Shown: positions 39,006 through 46,832 of the stretch, in pieces
Numbering within the stretch: the first letter of the stretch is position 1
Layout of the letters: every line of letters begins with the position of its first letter
NCBI GenBank assembly: GCA_041674205.1
Contig: JBAYWF010000004.1
Location: 26,721-90,720 of the forward strand
Direction of reading: 5' to 3'
Origin: Parcubacteria group bacterium
GTDB taxonomy: Bacteria > Patescibacteriota > Minisyncoccia > Moranbacterales > UBA2206
Length of the DNA: 64,000 nt
Notes under the pieces: model-generated
The model's database searches: none
Told to the model about the DNA's origin: nothing
What the model saw: the letters and a program-made list of their open reading frames with translations, nothing else
Position numbers and translations under genes: made by a program

Positions 39006-39830
39006 TTAATCATTCAATTCCACTTTCTCGCCCCTTCTCGCTATGGCGATGCTATTTTCTGAGACGTCGATTTTTATAGCTTCACAATTCTTAATTTCAT
39101 GATCGCCAAAATATTCATTTAAAGCATAGGCTATATAATTTTCATGTCCGAATGCCATAACTTTTATATTTTTCCCAGACCCGCTCTCCTTGATTTTATC
39201 ATGACCAAACCTTATCAACCTTAACAAATTTTTAAAATTGACATCAAACGTATCTTTAGCTGATTTTATTTCAGGGAAAAATTTTTTTAATTCTTCCGAG
39301 TAGTGAAAAAAATTAGCCCCCCAATTCCCATAATTTTTATTTTCTACAATTTTTCGAGCTTCCTCCCATTTCTTCCTGGCTTCAGCTGGAACTTTTTCCC
39401 AGTCTACATCCACGGACCGTGTCGGCATAAAAAGATATTGGACAAGAACATTGTCTATGCGCAATGACAAGTTTTTTATCTTCCTTATTCTCCCCTCACT
39501 AACTTCGTCTGAATACGCGCTTCTTGAACGTTTAGGACATACTATTTCGAAGCCTTTTCTTTCAGCAACCTTCATATATATGCTGGCCGTATCCATCGCT
39601 CTCACTTGCCCGCTAGACACAAAGAATAATCCATCATCATCGGGGTTAAATTCCGATAATAATTTTTCTGCCTCTTGCTCCGCCAAAATAATTCCTTCTT
39701 TTGATAAATCATTCTTTTCTTGCTCGCTTTCCTCAATAGGGCCCTGAGGATTATCAGAATCTAATATTTTTTTATAACTCTTATATTCTGAAATGCTATG
39801 GCGCACACCGTAAATTTCACTTTTTTCCAT
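39006..39830 (-). CDS. Histidine-phosphatase-superfamily protein
   Basis: IYGVRHSISEY (RHG-type motif) and MAFGHENYI (second catalytic His region). Confidence 0.5.
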   Translation of the reverse strand: MEKSEIYGVRHSISEYKSYKKILDSDNPQGPIEESEQEKNDLSKEGIILAEQEAEKLLSEFNPDDDGLFFVSSGQVRAMDTASIYMKVAERKGFEIVCPKRSRSAYSDEVSEGRIRKIKNLSLRIDNVLVQYLFMPTRSVDVDWEKVPAEARKKWEEARKIVENKNYGNWGANFFHYSEELKKFFPEIKSAKDTFDVNFKNLLRLIRFGHDKIKESGSGKNIKVMAFGHENYIAYALNEYFGDHEIKNCEAIKIDVSENSIAIARRGEKVELND

Positions 39831-39834
39831 AAAT

Positions 39835-40047
39835 TTATTTGTCTTCCGATTTTTTAATTATCCTCACAATCCCCTTATCCGCATCCACTTCCACCAGATC
39901 CCCGTCACGCAAAACTTGGGTGGCGATTTTGGTGCCGACGATACAAGGGATTTTGAATTCCCGCGCCAGCATCGAGGCGTGGCAAAGCATTCCGTCCTCA
40001 TCGGTCACGATCGCTTTTACTTTTTTCTTAAAATATAAATGGGCCAA
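39835..40047 (-). pseudogene. Orphan 3-prime fragment of a phosphohistidine-swivel-domain gene (C-terminal ~60 residues only)
   Basis: Encodes ...KAIVTDEDGMLCHASMLAREFKIPCIVGTKIATQVLRDGDLVEVDADKGIVRII behind a short non-homologous leader. Overlaps the 3-prime end of the methyltransferase paralog at 40017-40838 by about 30 nt. Confidence 0.6.
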
Positions 40048-40838
40048 TATCTGGGATCGAAGTATTTATCGGTTATGTATTTAACGTCTTCAATCAGATA
40101 ATATTTATTAAAAATATTTTCCAAATTGTCCCTTAGCGGCAATCTGATTTTCAGGCTGCTCGGTTTAATAAATCCAAGCATCGTCTTAAGTTCCGAATCA
40201 TCAATAATCCGTTTTCCGCGCATATCGCGCAACTTCGATAATATTCCGGACGGCGTATAGGATCCTTTTTTCCGCCCTATTGAAAGCGCCAGGTCCGGGT
40301 AAGCCATCATAAAAAGCGTTTTTTTGCCCGTCTTGATTCGCAGTTTCCTGTATCTTTCAAACCCATCAGCCGGATTGACTTCTTTGCGTACCGGACGTAT
40401 TACCGCGGTAGTCGCGAATATCCCGCCCGGCTTCAAATTGTCGGCAATATTTTTTACAAAAAAGCTTTGTTTATTTATCGGGATCATATTGATAACGTTA
40501 TGGCCCATTATCAAATCAAATCCACGCGCATCATCCAGCTCAAGCCAATCAGACTCAATGAATAATTCTTTTCCATCCCTTTTCATCAAAATCCTCAGCG
40601 CCTCATACACCTCCGAATTCACATCACAACAAATCGGCGTTATTTTATGCTTCAAAAGCAAATCACGGAATTCCGGCGTCGACCCCAAAATTAAAATCCT
40701 CGGCTTCTTATTACCTGCAAGAACCTTTCTGATGATTTTTTCGTATATAGCCATTTCCAACCCTGGCCTGACGGGCGCGGCATAATTTTTCCAATCTTTT
40801 GCCAATTGTTTGTTCCAAGGAAGTTTTTTTTCAGTCAT
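40017..40838 (-). CDS. Methyltransferase-fold paralog 7 (same family as the 8.6-14.1 kb array)
   Basis: VRPGLEMAIY, ILILGSTPEFRDL, ICCDVNSEV, FDLIMGH, LKPGGIFATTAV. Confidence 0.5.
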   Translation of the reverse strand: MTEKKLPWNKQLAKDWKNYAAPVRPGLEMAIYEKIIRKVLAGNKKPRILILGSTPEFRDLLLKHKITPICCDVNSEVYEALRILMKRDGKELFIESDWLELDDARGFDLIMGHNVINMIPINKQSFFVKNIADNLKPGGIFATTAVIRPVRKEVNPADGFERYRKLRIKTGKKTLFMMAYPDLALSIGRKKGSYTPSGILSKLRDMRGKRIIDDSELKTMLGFIKPSSLKIRLPLRDNLENIFNKYYLIEDVKYITDKYFDPRYWPIYILRKK

Positions 40839-40857
40839 ATCTATATATAACTAATTA

Positions 40858-40900
40858 TTTCGCGCCCACCTCCGCCAGATCCCCATTCTGCAAAAAATCG
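40858..40900 (-). repeat. Remnant of the conserved 3-prime terminus of a swivel-domain gene (...LQNGDLAEVGAK*), immediately downstream of the GGCT-like gene
   Basis: cgcgcccacctccgccagatccccattctgcaaaaaatcgc parallels the 3-prime ends of paralogs 4/5 (cgcatccacctccaccaaatccccgtcgtgcaaaatttgcg). Confidence 0.5.
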
Positions 40901-40903
40901 CAT

Positions 40904-41446
40904 TCAATCAATCTGGTGCTTCCTCCTATATTCTTCATAATCTCTTGCCGCGACTTTCAAAATAGCATCTTTCGGGACTAAATAATCTTCATAATCCCCA
41001 TTTTCAATCACCCTATCCGCCGGCATATCCGGCGATAATGACCCGTGCGTGATAATATTGACGATTTTTCCTTCTGAATCCATCGCAATGGCTTTGATAT
41101 CTTCCTGCATACCATATTCCAGCAATTCCCAATCCCTAACCAATCCATATTCTTCTTCTGTCAGTTTCCAAATCGTACCATAAGTGACGGCGTTAACTTT
41201 TGGCCTGATAATATATAACTCAAAATTATCATCAAAAGCCTTGGAAACGATTTCGCGCGGAGAAAGCCTGGATGGCGCCGTCCCAATTATTTCTCCCGGT
41301 ATATCATCGATTTTTTGGACACACAGCTCAAAGCCCAGTAATTTTCCCTTAACGCCTTCGATTTTTTCACGGCCAACCATAGCAGACATCATCTCCAAAT
41401 CGCGATTAGTGCCATAGCCGAAATAATCCAATAGTTGCTTCTTCAT
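40904..41446 (-). CDS. Gamma-glutamyl cyclotransferase-like (GGCT/AIG2/BtrG fold) protein
   Basis: N-terminal YFGYGTNRD matches the YFAYGSN signature of the GGCT fold. Confidence 0.5.
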   Translation of the reverse strand: MKKQLLDYFGYGTNRDLEMMSAMVGREKIEGVKGKLLGFELCVQKIDDIPGEIIGTAPSRLSPREIVSKAFDDNFELYIIRPKVNAVTYGTIWKLTEEEYGLVRDWELLEYGMQEDIKAIAMDSEGKIVNIITHGSLSPDMPADRVIENGDYEDYLVPKDAILKVAARDYEEYRRKHQID

Positions 41447-41465
41447 AGCGTTTGTTTTGATTTAA

Positions 41466-42344
41466 TTAATTCAAACTTAATTCTTTGCCTTGTATTTCAC
41501 AGGATGCCTTGCCGCGCTTATCGATTCCGATGGAAATGCCAGCGCCTTGATCGACTGGCAAATATTTTTTCATGTCTATCCCGGCAATATGCCTTTTGAT
41601 AAAAGGGCTTATGGAATCATAATGGCTTACCGCCCAGATGATTAATCGCCTGTCAGGATTAGCCTTGTGATATTCATCAGCTATCTGCGCCTGTAATGAA
41701 AGCGCGTAATTAACCCGGTCAGCTATTCCATCCGGACCTTCCGCACCCATCTCTACACGAGTCTCCCTTTCCGAATCTGATTCATACGCATCCCAAAATT
41801 CCACCCCGGTTCCATATTTATCTATCAAAAATTGCGTAAATTCTGGTGACTCTTCCAATATCATCAAGTCCCTCAGTTCTGAAACTTCAATAGCTCCGCC
41901 GTTTTGAGCGGCTGAATTATTCAACAATTGTCCATCCGCAATAAAAAATTCCGACATAGATTCCCTGAGCCCCGTCATTACCTGACCGGCAGTTTCCACC
42001 GCCCTCTGATGCTTATTTTTTATTCCATCGGGAGTGGACAATGTCGAATCGCTGGCAATCACCATCACATCGATCATTTTTCTCTCTTCCTCATTTAAAC
42101 CGCCAAATATCTTATTGAAAAATTCCTTGGCGTTCACTCGCACTTGTTCTGCCGCGCCAACTTCAAGCGCACCCATATCTGGCGAGTCTTTGCGCCTATC
42201 GTCTTTGGCGTTGCGCTGCAAAACGATTGTCGAGCCGCCGATTTCAGGCATTTTTGGATGGAGATCTGCCGATGTGATTCTTTCTATTTCAACCTTCCCG
42301 CCTTCGTTATGAAAAATTTGATTCGGCCATTCATTCATAAACAA
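41466..42344 (-). CDS. Hypothetical protein, possibly a degenerate histidine-phosphatase-like fold
   Basis: RLIIWAVSHYDSISP resembles the second-His region of histidine phosphatases, but the RHG motif is not evident (IVLQRNAKD). Confidence 0.3.
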   Translation of the reverse strand: MFMNEWPNQIFHNEGGKVEIERITSADLHPKMPEIGGSTIVLQRNAKDDRRKDSPDMGALEVGAAEQVRVNAKEFFNKIFGGLNEEERKMIDVMVIASDSTLSTPDGIKNKHQRAVETAGQVMTGLRESMSEFFIADGQLLNNSAAQNGGAIEVSELRDLMILEESPEFTQFLIDKYGTGVEFWDAYESDSERETRVEMGAEGPDGIADRVNYALSLQAQIADEYHKANPDRRLIIWAVSHYDSISPFIKRHIAGIDMKKYLPVDQGAGISIGIDKRGKASCEIQGKELSLN

Positions 42345-42353
42345 TTTAATTTT

Positions 42354-42893
42354 TTATTTATTAATATCCTTAGCCAGATAATCCGCCGCCTCTTCTATGG
42401 AATCAAAAATAGGCACTCCTTTCTCTTTCCATTTTGAAATCCAATTCCTGTGTCCCATAACCTGCCCTAGCCGATCAGAAGTCGCCCCGCCATCATAGTT
42501 CGTTTCTTCTCTCTTTTTGATAAATGATTTATGCTTCTCCCATTCGGGCACGACTACCGCATCCGGCCTAAGCCAATTATTAGAAGCGCCCATAATCCAC
42601 AAACCTTTTTCTATGGCCCGCTTTGTCACTTCATCACTTCGCCTATCGATTTCATCCATCACATCTTCGCTTTCCAGCCACCATGCCCTTTTCGGATGAG
42701 CGCCTGATTTTTCCCATAATTTATCGCCATCGATCCAATTTTTGTCCTTTTGCCTATCTACAAAATATGTTTTACCGGCACCGGATGGAGCAACGATAAA
42801 AAGCCCTGACTTGTGCCTGACGAATTCTTTTAAAAACAGCTCTATCGCCTCAGCAATCTGAGAATCATCCAATGGCTCCAGATCATATACCAT
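42354..42893 (-). CDS. P-loop kinase/NTPase (small-molecule or nucleotide kinase-like). The ORF track extends it to 42974 through an upstream swivel-domain remnant
   Basis: Walker A LFIVAPSGAGKTYFV. Probable start MVYDLEPLDD at 42893. The upstream in-frame codons (MQDGSLVEVDAGVVI) are homologous to swivel-domain C-termini. Confidence 0.5.
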   Translation of the reverse strand: MVYDLEPLDDSQIAEAIELFLKEFVRHKSGLFIVAPSGAGKTYFVDRQKDKNWIDGDKLWEKSGAHPKRAWWLESEDVMDEIDRRSDEVTKRAIEKGLWIMGASNNWLRPDAVVVPEWEKHKSFIKKREETNYDGGATSDRLGQVMGHRNWISKWKEKGVPIFDSIEEAADYLAKDINK

Positions 42894-42924
42894 ATTTTTT
42901 AATATTAAAATGTTACGCTTTTTT

Positions 42925-42975
42925 AATATTATCACAACTCCCGCATCCACTTCCACTAGACTCCCATCCTGCAAA
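42925..42975 (-). repeat. Remnant of the conserved 3-prime terminus of a swivel-domain gene (QDGSLVEVDAGVVI), in frame with the P-loop kinase ORF
   Basis: caactcccgcatccacttccactagactcccatcctgcaaaac parallels the paralog 3-prime ends. Confidence 0.5.
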
Positions 42976-42998
42976 ACCTAAATGAATAATCCTAATCC

Positions 42999-43946
42999 CT
43001 AATTTTTCAAAGTCGTAATCGGCCGGCTTTGGACGATGTGAAATTTTCCACTTTCATAAGCCCACTCGATATCGCACGGAAAACCGTAATGTTTTTCGAT
43101 ACCCAAGATTATTTCCGACAATTCCAAAATTTGTTTTTCCGCCAGGACTTGCGCGGACGCTTGCGGCTCGGGAATATTTTTCCATTCGTTGCCGCCGTTT
43201 TGCGCCCGATAGATCCCGCGTTCCTGCGTGGAAACGTTGATGTCTAAAATATTCCTCGGATTTTTTTCCACCACATAACTGTCCGGGGTGATTTGGCCGG
43301 ACACGATCGCTTCGCCGAGGCCATAGCCGGCTTCGATGATGAGTTGATTGCGATCTTCCGTCACCGGGTGCACCGAAAAAGCGATGCCGGAAATCTCGCT
43401 TTCCACCATTTTTTGCACCACCACCGCCACGGAAATTTTTTGTTTATGCAGGTTTTTTTCAAAACGGTAAAAAATCGCGCGCGGTGTGAATAGCGACGCC
43501 CAACAATGCTGGACTTTTTCCAATAAATTATCCTTGGTCGTGTTCAAATAGGAATCCAATTGCCCCGCCCAAGCGTTTTCCGCGCCGTCCTCCGCCGTCG
43601 CACTGGACCGGACAGCCACGAATTCAGCATTCAATTCGGTAAATCTTTTTTTAATTTCTTGCGCGATATCTTCCGGCATCTGCGCCTTTTTAATCAAAGT
43701 CTGGATCTTTTCCGAAGCCTCTTCGACCGTGTGCATCGCATTGTGATCGACAGTATGTAAAACCGCATCCACCTCGACGCCCAAATCGGTTTCCGCTAGA
43801 AATTTCTCGAAAGTCCCGGCCAGAACCACGAAGCCAGGCGGCACCGGGATGCCGGCCTGCGTCATCTCGCCGAGAGACGCTCCTTTGCCTCCGGCGATAT
43901 CGGTATCGCTTTTTGATAAATTTTGAAAAATTCTAATCAGTTCCAT
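42999..43946 (-). CDS. Stand-alone PEP-synthase/pyruvate-phosphate-dikinase N-terminal ATP-grasp (nucleotide-binding) domain protein, ~315 aa
   Basis: IAGGKGASLGEMTQAGIPVPPGFVV near the N-terminus. VAVRSSATAEDGAENAWAGQLDSYLN, AVVVQKMVESEISGIAF and C-terminal CDIEWAYE...HIVQSRPITT match the PPDK_N / rifampin-phosphotransferase ATP-binding domain. No swivel or substrate domain follows. Confidence 0.75.
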   Translation of the reverse strand: MELIRIFQNLSKSDTDIAGGKGASLGEMTQAGIPVPPGFVVLAGTFEKFLAETDLGVEVDAVLHTVDHNAMHTVEEASEKIQTLIKKAQMPEDIAQEIKKRFTELNAEFVAVRSSATAEDGAENAWAGQLDSYLNTTKDNLLEKVQHCWASLFTPRAIFYRFEKNLHKQKISVAVVVQKMVESEISGIAFSVHPVTEDRNQLIIEAGYGLGEAIVSGQITPDSYVVEKNPRNILDINVSTQERGIYRAQNGGNEWKNIPEPQASAQVLAEKQILELSEIILGIEKHYGFPCDIEWAYESGKFHIVQSRPITTLKN

Positions 43947-44136
43947 AGTGTTTTTTGCCTTATTAACGACTTATTTATAATCCAAGCATATCACAAAGAC
44001 CGCATCTGACAAAACCTGTTTTTTATTTTAAAATCTCCCCCATCTCTTGTTCCATACCAATCTAGACTAAAACCCCGTACCCTTCCGAATCATTTAGAGC
44101 CATCCAGCTTCATTAAAAAAACCAGGATGGGAATTC

Positions 44137-45426
44137 CTAGTTCTTTAATATCTCTTTGATTTTTTCCATCGCTTTATCCAGTTGCGGATCCCGGTCGTTC
44201 TTGAAATCATCCAGGGTCAAATCGACGTCGATGTCTGGACTGATGCCTTTTTCCATTATGTAATCGCCGTTCGGCGTCAGCCATTTAGCTACGGTTATTT
44301 TCACGCTGGATTTATTTGGCAAATCTATCAATTCTTGCACTGAGCCTTTGCCGAATGATTTTTTTCCGATCAATTGGAGGCCTCGATTGTCACGCAAAGC
44401 GCCTGCTAGAATTTCCGAAGCGCTGGCGCTGCCTTCGTTTATCAGGACCACCATCGGAAGTCCGCTCAGTCTGTCGCCTCCAGCAGTATATAAGTTGTCT
44501 TTTTTGCCGGTTCCATCTTCTTCGGTCACGACGACTTTCCCCCGAGGAATCAAACGGCTGGCGATTTCAACCGATGAAGTCAGGAACCCTCCAGGATTAT
44601 TGCGCAAATCCAAAACTATGCCTTTCGATCCGCGGGAAATTATCTGGTTCATCGCCGCATCGAACTCATCGGAAGTTTTCTCGCCGAATTGGTTTATCTT
44701 CAAATACGCGATATTATTTTCCTTGAATTCGATTTTAACACTCTTGACCTTGATCATCTCGCGGGTTATTGAAATCTCCGTGGTTTCTTGATCGCCTTTA
44801 TGCAGGATTACCAATTTTACTTGCGTACCTTTTTTGCCGCGAATGAGGTCTACCGCTTGATCAATCGATACGTCTGACGTTAATTTGTCCCCGATTTGCA
44901 AAATTTTATCTCCAGCCAGAAGCCCGGACTTTTGCGACGGCGAACCGTCCAGCGGAGCGATGACCGTCAAAATCCCATCTTTTACCCCAAGTTCCGCCCC
45001 GATTCCCTCGAAACTTCCGCTGATATCCTGATCGAATTCCTGGGTTTCCTTGGGATCGAAAAAGGTCGTATAGGGATCCTTCGTCGCAGCCAGCATCCCT
45101 TTGATCGCGCCATAAACCAATTCCTGCGCGTCCAAGGAATCATGGTTGACATATTTTTCCTTAAGCAAATCCCAGACCTTCCAAAAAAGATCGAAATCCA
45201 CTTCTTTCTCTTCCGTTAGGAACTTGTTCTTGATGACGGTCGAATCGATAGGATAGCTTTGATTTGCCGATTCCGTCGATTTTTTGCCATTAGTGTAGCC
45301 GATCCAAAAACTTCCGACCACCAGGAACAGCACGATAAAAAACAAAAAATAACGCTTAAAAAGCCGATGGTTTTTCTCTTCTTCGTGCACTGCCGGATTT
45401 ATCAGTTGTTCTTCTTGCATATCCAT
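44137..45426 (-). CDS. Carboxyl-terminal processing protease (S41 family, CtpA-like)
   Basis: N-terminal TM, PDZ domain (GAELGVKDGILTVIAPLDGSPSQKSGLLAGDKILQI) and GIVLDLRNNPGG...S41 catalytic region. Confidence 0.85.
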   Translation of the reverse strand: MDMQEEQLINPAVHEEEKNHRLFKRYFLFFIVLFLVVGSFWIGYTNGKKSTESANQSYPIDSTVIKNKFLTEEKEVDFDLFWKVWDLLKEKYVNHDSLDAQELVYGAIKGMLAATKDPYTTFFDPKETQEFDQDISGSFEGIGAELGVKDGILTVIAPLDGSPSQKSGLLAGDKILQIGDKLTSDVSIDQAVDLIRGKKGTQVKLVILHKGDQETTEISITREMIKVKSVKIEFKENNIAYLKINQFGEKTSDEFDAAMNQIISRGSKGIVLDLRNNPGGFLTSSVEIASRLIPRGKVVVTEEDGTGKKDNLYTAGGDRLSGLPMVVLINEGSASASEILAGALRDNRGLQLIGKKSFGKGSVQELIDLPNKSSVKITVAKWLTPNGDYIMEKGISPDIDVDLTLDDFKNDRDPQLDKAMEKIKEILKN

Positions 45427-45526
45427 TCTTGATTATATTCCGGTACCGGCCAGCTAGGGATGAAAAATCCTGTTCTAGAAGAATCTCGATGATTTCATCC
45501 CTATGGTTGGAATACGGATTTTTGCC

Positions 45527-46741
45527 TTATATTTTAGGCTTGATGTCGGTTTGCGCCGGCATCGTAAAGATGTTTTTCGCCATATCGCGGATCTTGTCAT
45601 AATTATCCCCGATCGGAAGCAGGATATAGCCCGCATCGCCTTGAGGCGGATTGTATAATAAGCCTTCTTCGGAATTCTCCAATACCCGGCGATAGATTTG
45701 GGGATTAGCCATCCCGCCGTAGATATCATACATTTTTTTCATCTCCCAGGATTTCATATCCGTCTTCACATTATTTCCCAAGCTGTCCAAAATACCGTTC
45801 ACCTTGCTGAAATCAGTCAGGGTTCCAGCGCTCATCAACCTGTCTTTGACCAACTGAATGATCTCTTGCTGCCTCTTGGCCCGCTCAAAATCGCTCGTGG
45901 CATATCTTGACCTGGCGAAACAAAGCGCCTGCTCCCCGTTCAACATCTGCTTTCCGGCCGCTAACTTGAAACTTCCCCCACACTCCAAGGTGTCCTGCGG
46001 AGCATTGCACAACGGATAGGTCGCCACGATTCGGGTCTTGTAGGCTTGGGTCGTCTTGCTAAAATATTTCACCGTCTTATTTTCAACATTTCCCGTCGGT
46101 ATATTGAAAAATGAATCACAGACATGTTCTTGATTGAATTGCATCGACTCATCGAATGGCTGACTCAAAGTCACTTCGATGCCGCCGACCGCGTCAATCA
46201 ATTGTTTGAATCCGGCAAAATTAGTACGCACCGCGTAGTGGATCGGCAAACCGGTAACTTCCGAAACGGCCGTCTTCATATCTTCCATTCCCTGTCCTTC
46301 GCCTTTCTGCTCTCCGTAAGCGTGCACCGCGTTGATTTTCTGCTTGTCTCCGGTGCCAGGAACCGTGACATACAGATCGCGCGGGATGGAAATCATCGCC
46401 ACCTTATTTTCTTTCGGCAGGATGCTCACTAACATTATAGTATCCGCCAAATTTCCACCGCCCGGCAAATCGACTCCGCGCATTCCCAGAAGCAGGATAT
46501 TTATCCGCCCGTCGGTTTCCCCCTTGAGATCATTATTGACCCCGGGAATCGAACGCGACAAACTTTCCAATAGTCCGCCATCGGAAATCTTCTTCAAGAC
46601 GCCGTCCATTTTCCAGGCAAATACGCCCCCGATAGCAATCAAAACGACCACGATCGCGGCTACGATTTTGAACCATACTTTTTTCATAAACCCGAAACGC
46701 GAAGCATTCATTTGCGGGTTATTTTTTTCGATGTAAGACAT
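45527..46741 (-). CDS. LytR-CpsA-Psr (LCP) family cell-envelope glycopolymer transferase
   Basis: N-terminal TM, then RINILLLGMRG...ADTIMLVSI...ISIPRDLYV, the LCP-domain signature. Confidence 0.8.
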   Translation of the reverse strand: MSYIEKNNPQMNASRFGFMKKVWFKIVAAIVVVLIAIGGVFAWKMDGVLKKISDGGLLESLSRSIPGVNNDLKGETDGRINILLLGMRGVDLPGGGNLADTIMLVSILPKENKVAMISIPRDLYVTVPGTGDKQKINAVHAYGEQKGEGQGMEDMKTAVSEVTGLPIHYAVRTNFAGFKQLIDAVGGIEVTLSQPFDESMQFNQEHVCDSFFNIPTGNVENKTVKYFSKTTQAYKTRIVATYPLCNAPQDTLECGGSFKLAAGKQMLNGEQALCFARSRYATSDFERAKRQQEIIQLVKDRLMSAGTLTDFSKVNGILDSLGNNVKTDMKSWEMKKMYDIYGGMANPQIYRRVLENSEEGLLYNPPQGDAGYILLPIGDNYDKIRDMAKNIFTMPAQTDIKPKI

Positions 46742-46832
46742 TGCTTTTTCTTTAAATTAATAAATAAATCCAATCCCTATCCGCCGGAACAGGCATTAAT
46801 ATATATTTTACTTTGAATTCAAGTATTGTCAA

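Noticed and set aside
28192-43946. CRISPR array, given the recurring conserved ~70-nt blocks at about 1.5-kb spacing
   Set aside because: The repeated blocks are protein-coding (swivel-domain C-termini). Spacing is gene-sized, not 30-40 bp. No short direct repeats with unique spacers are present anywhere in the window.
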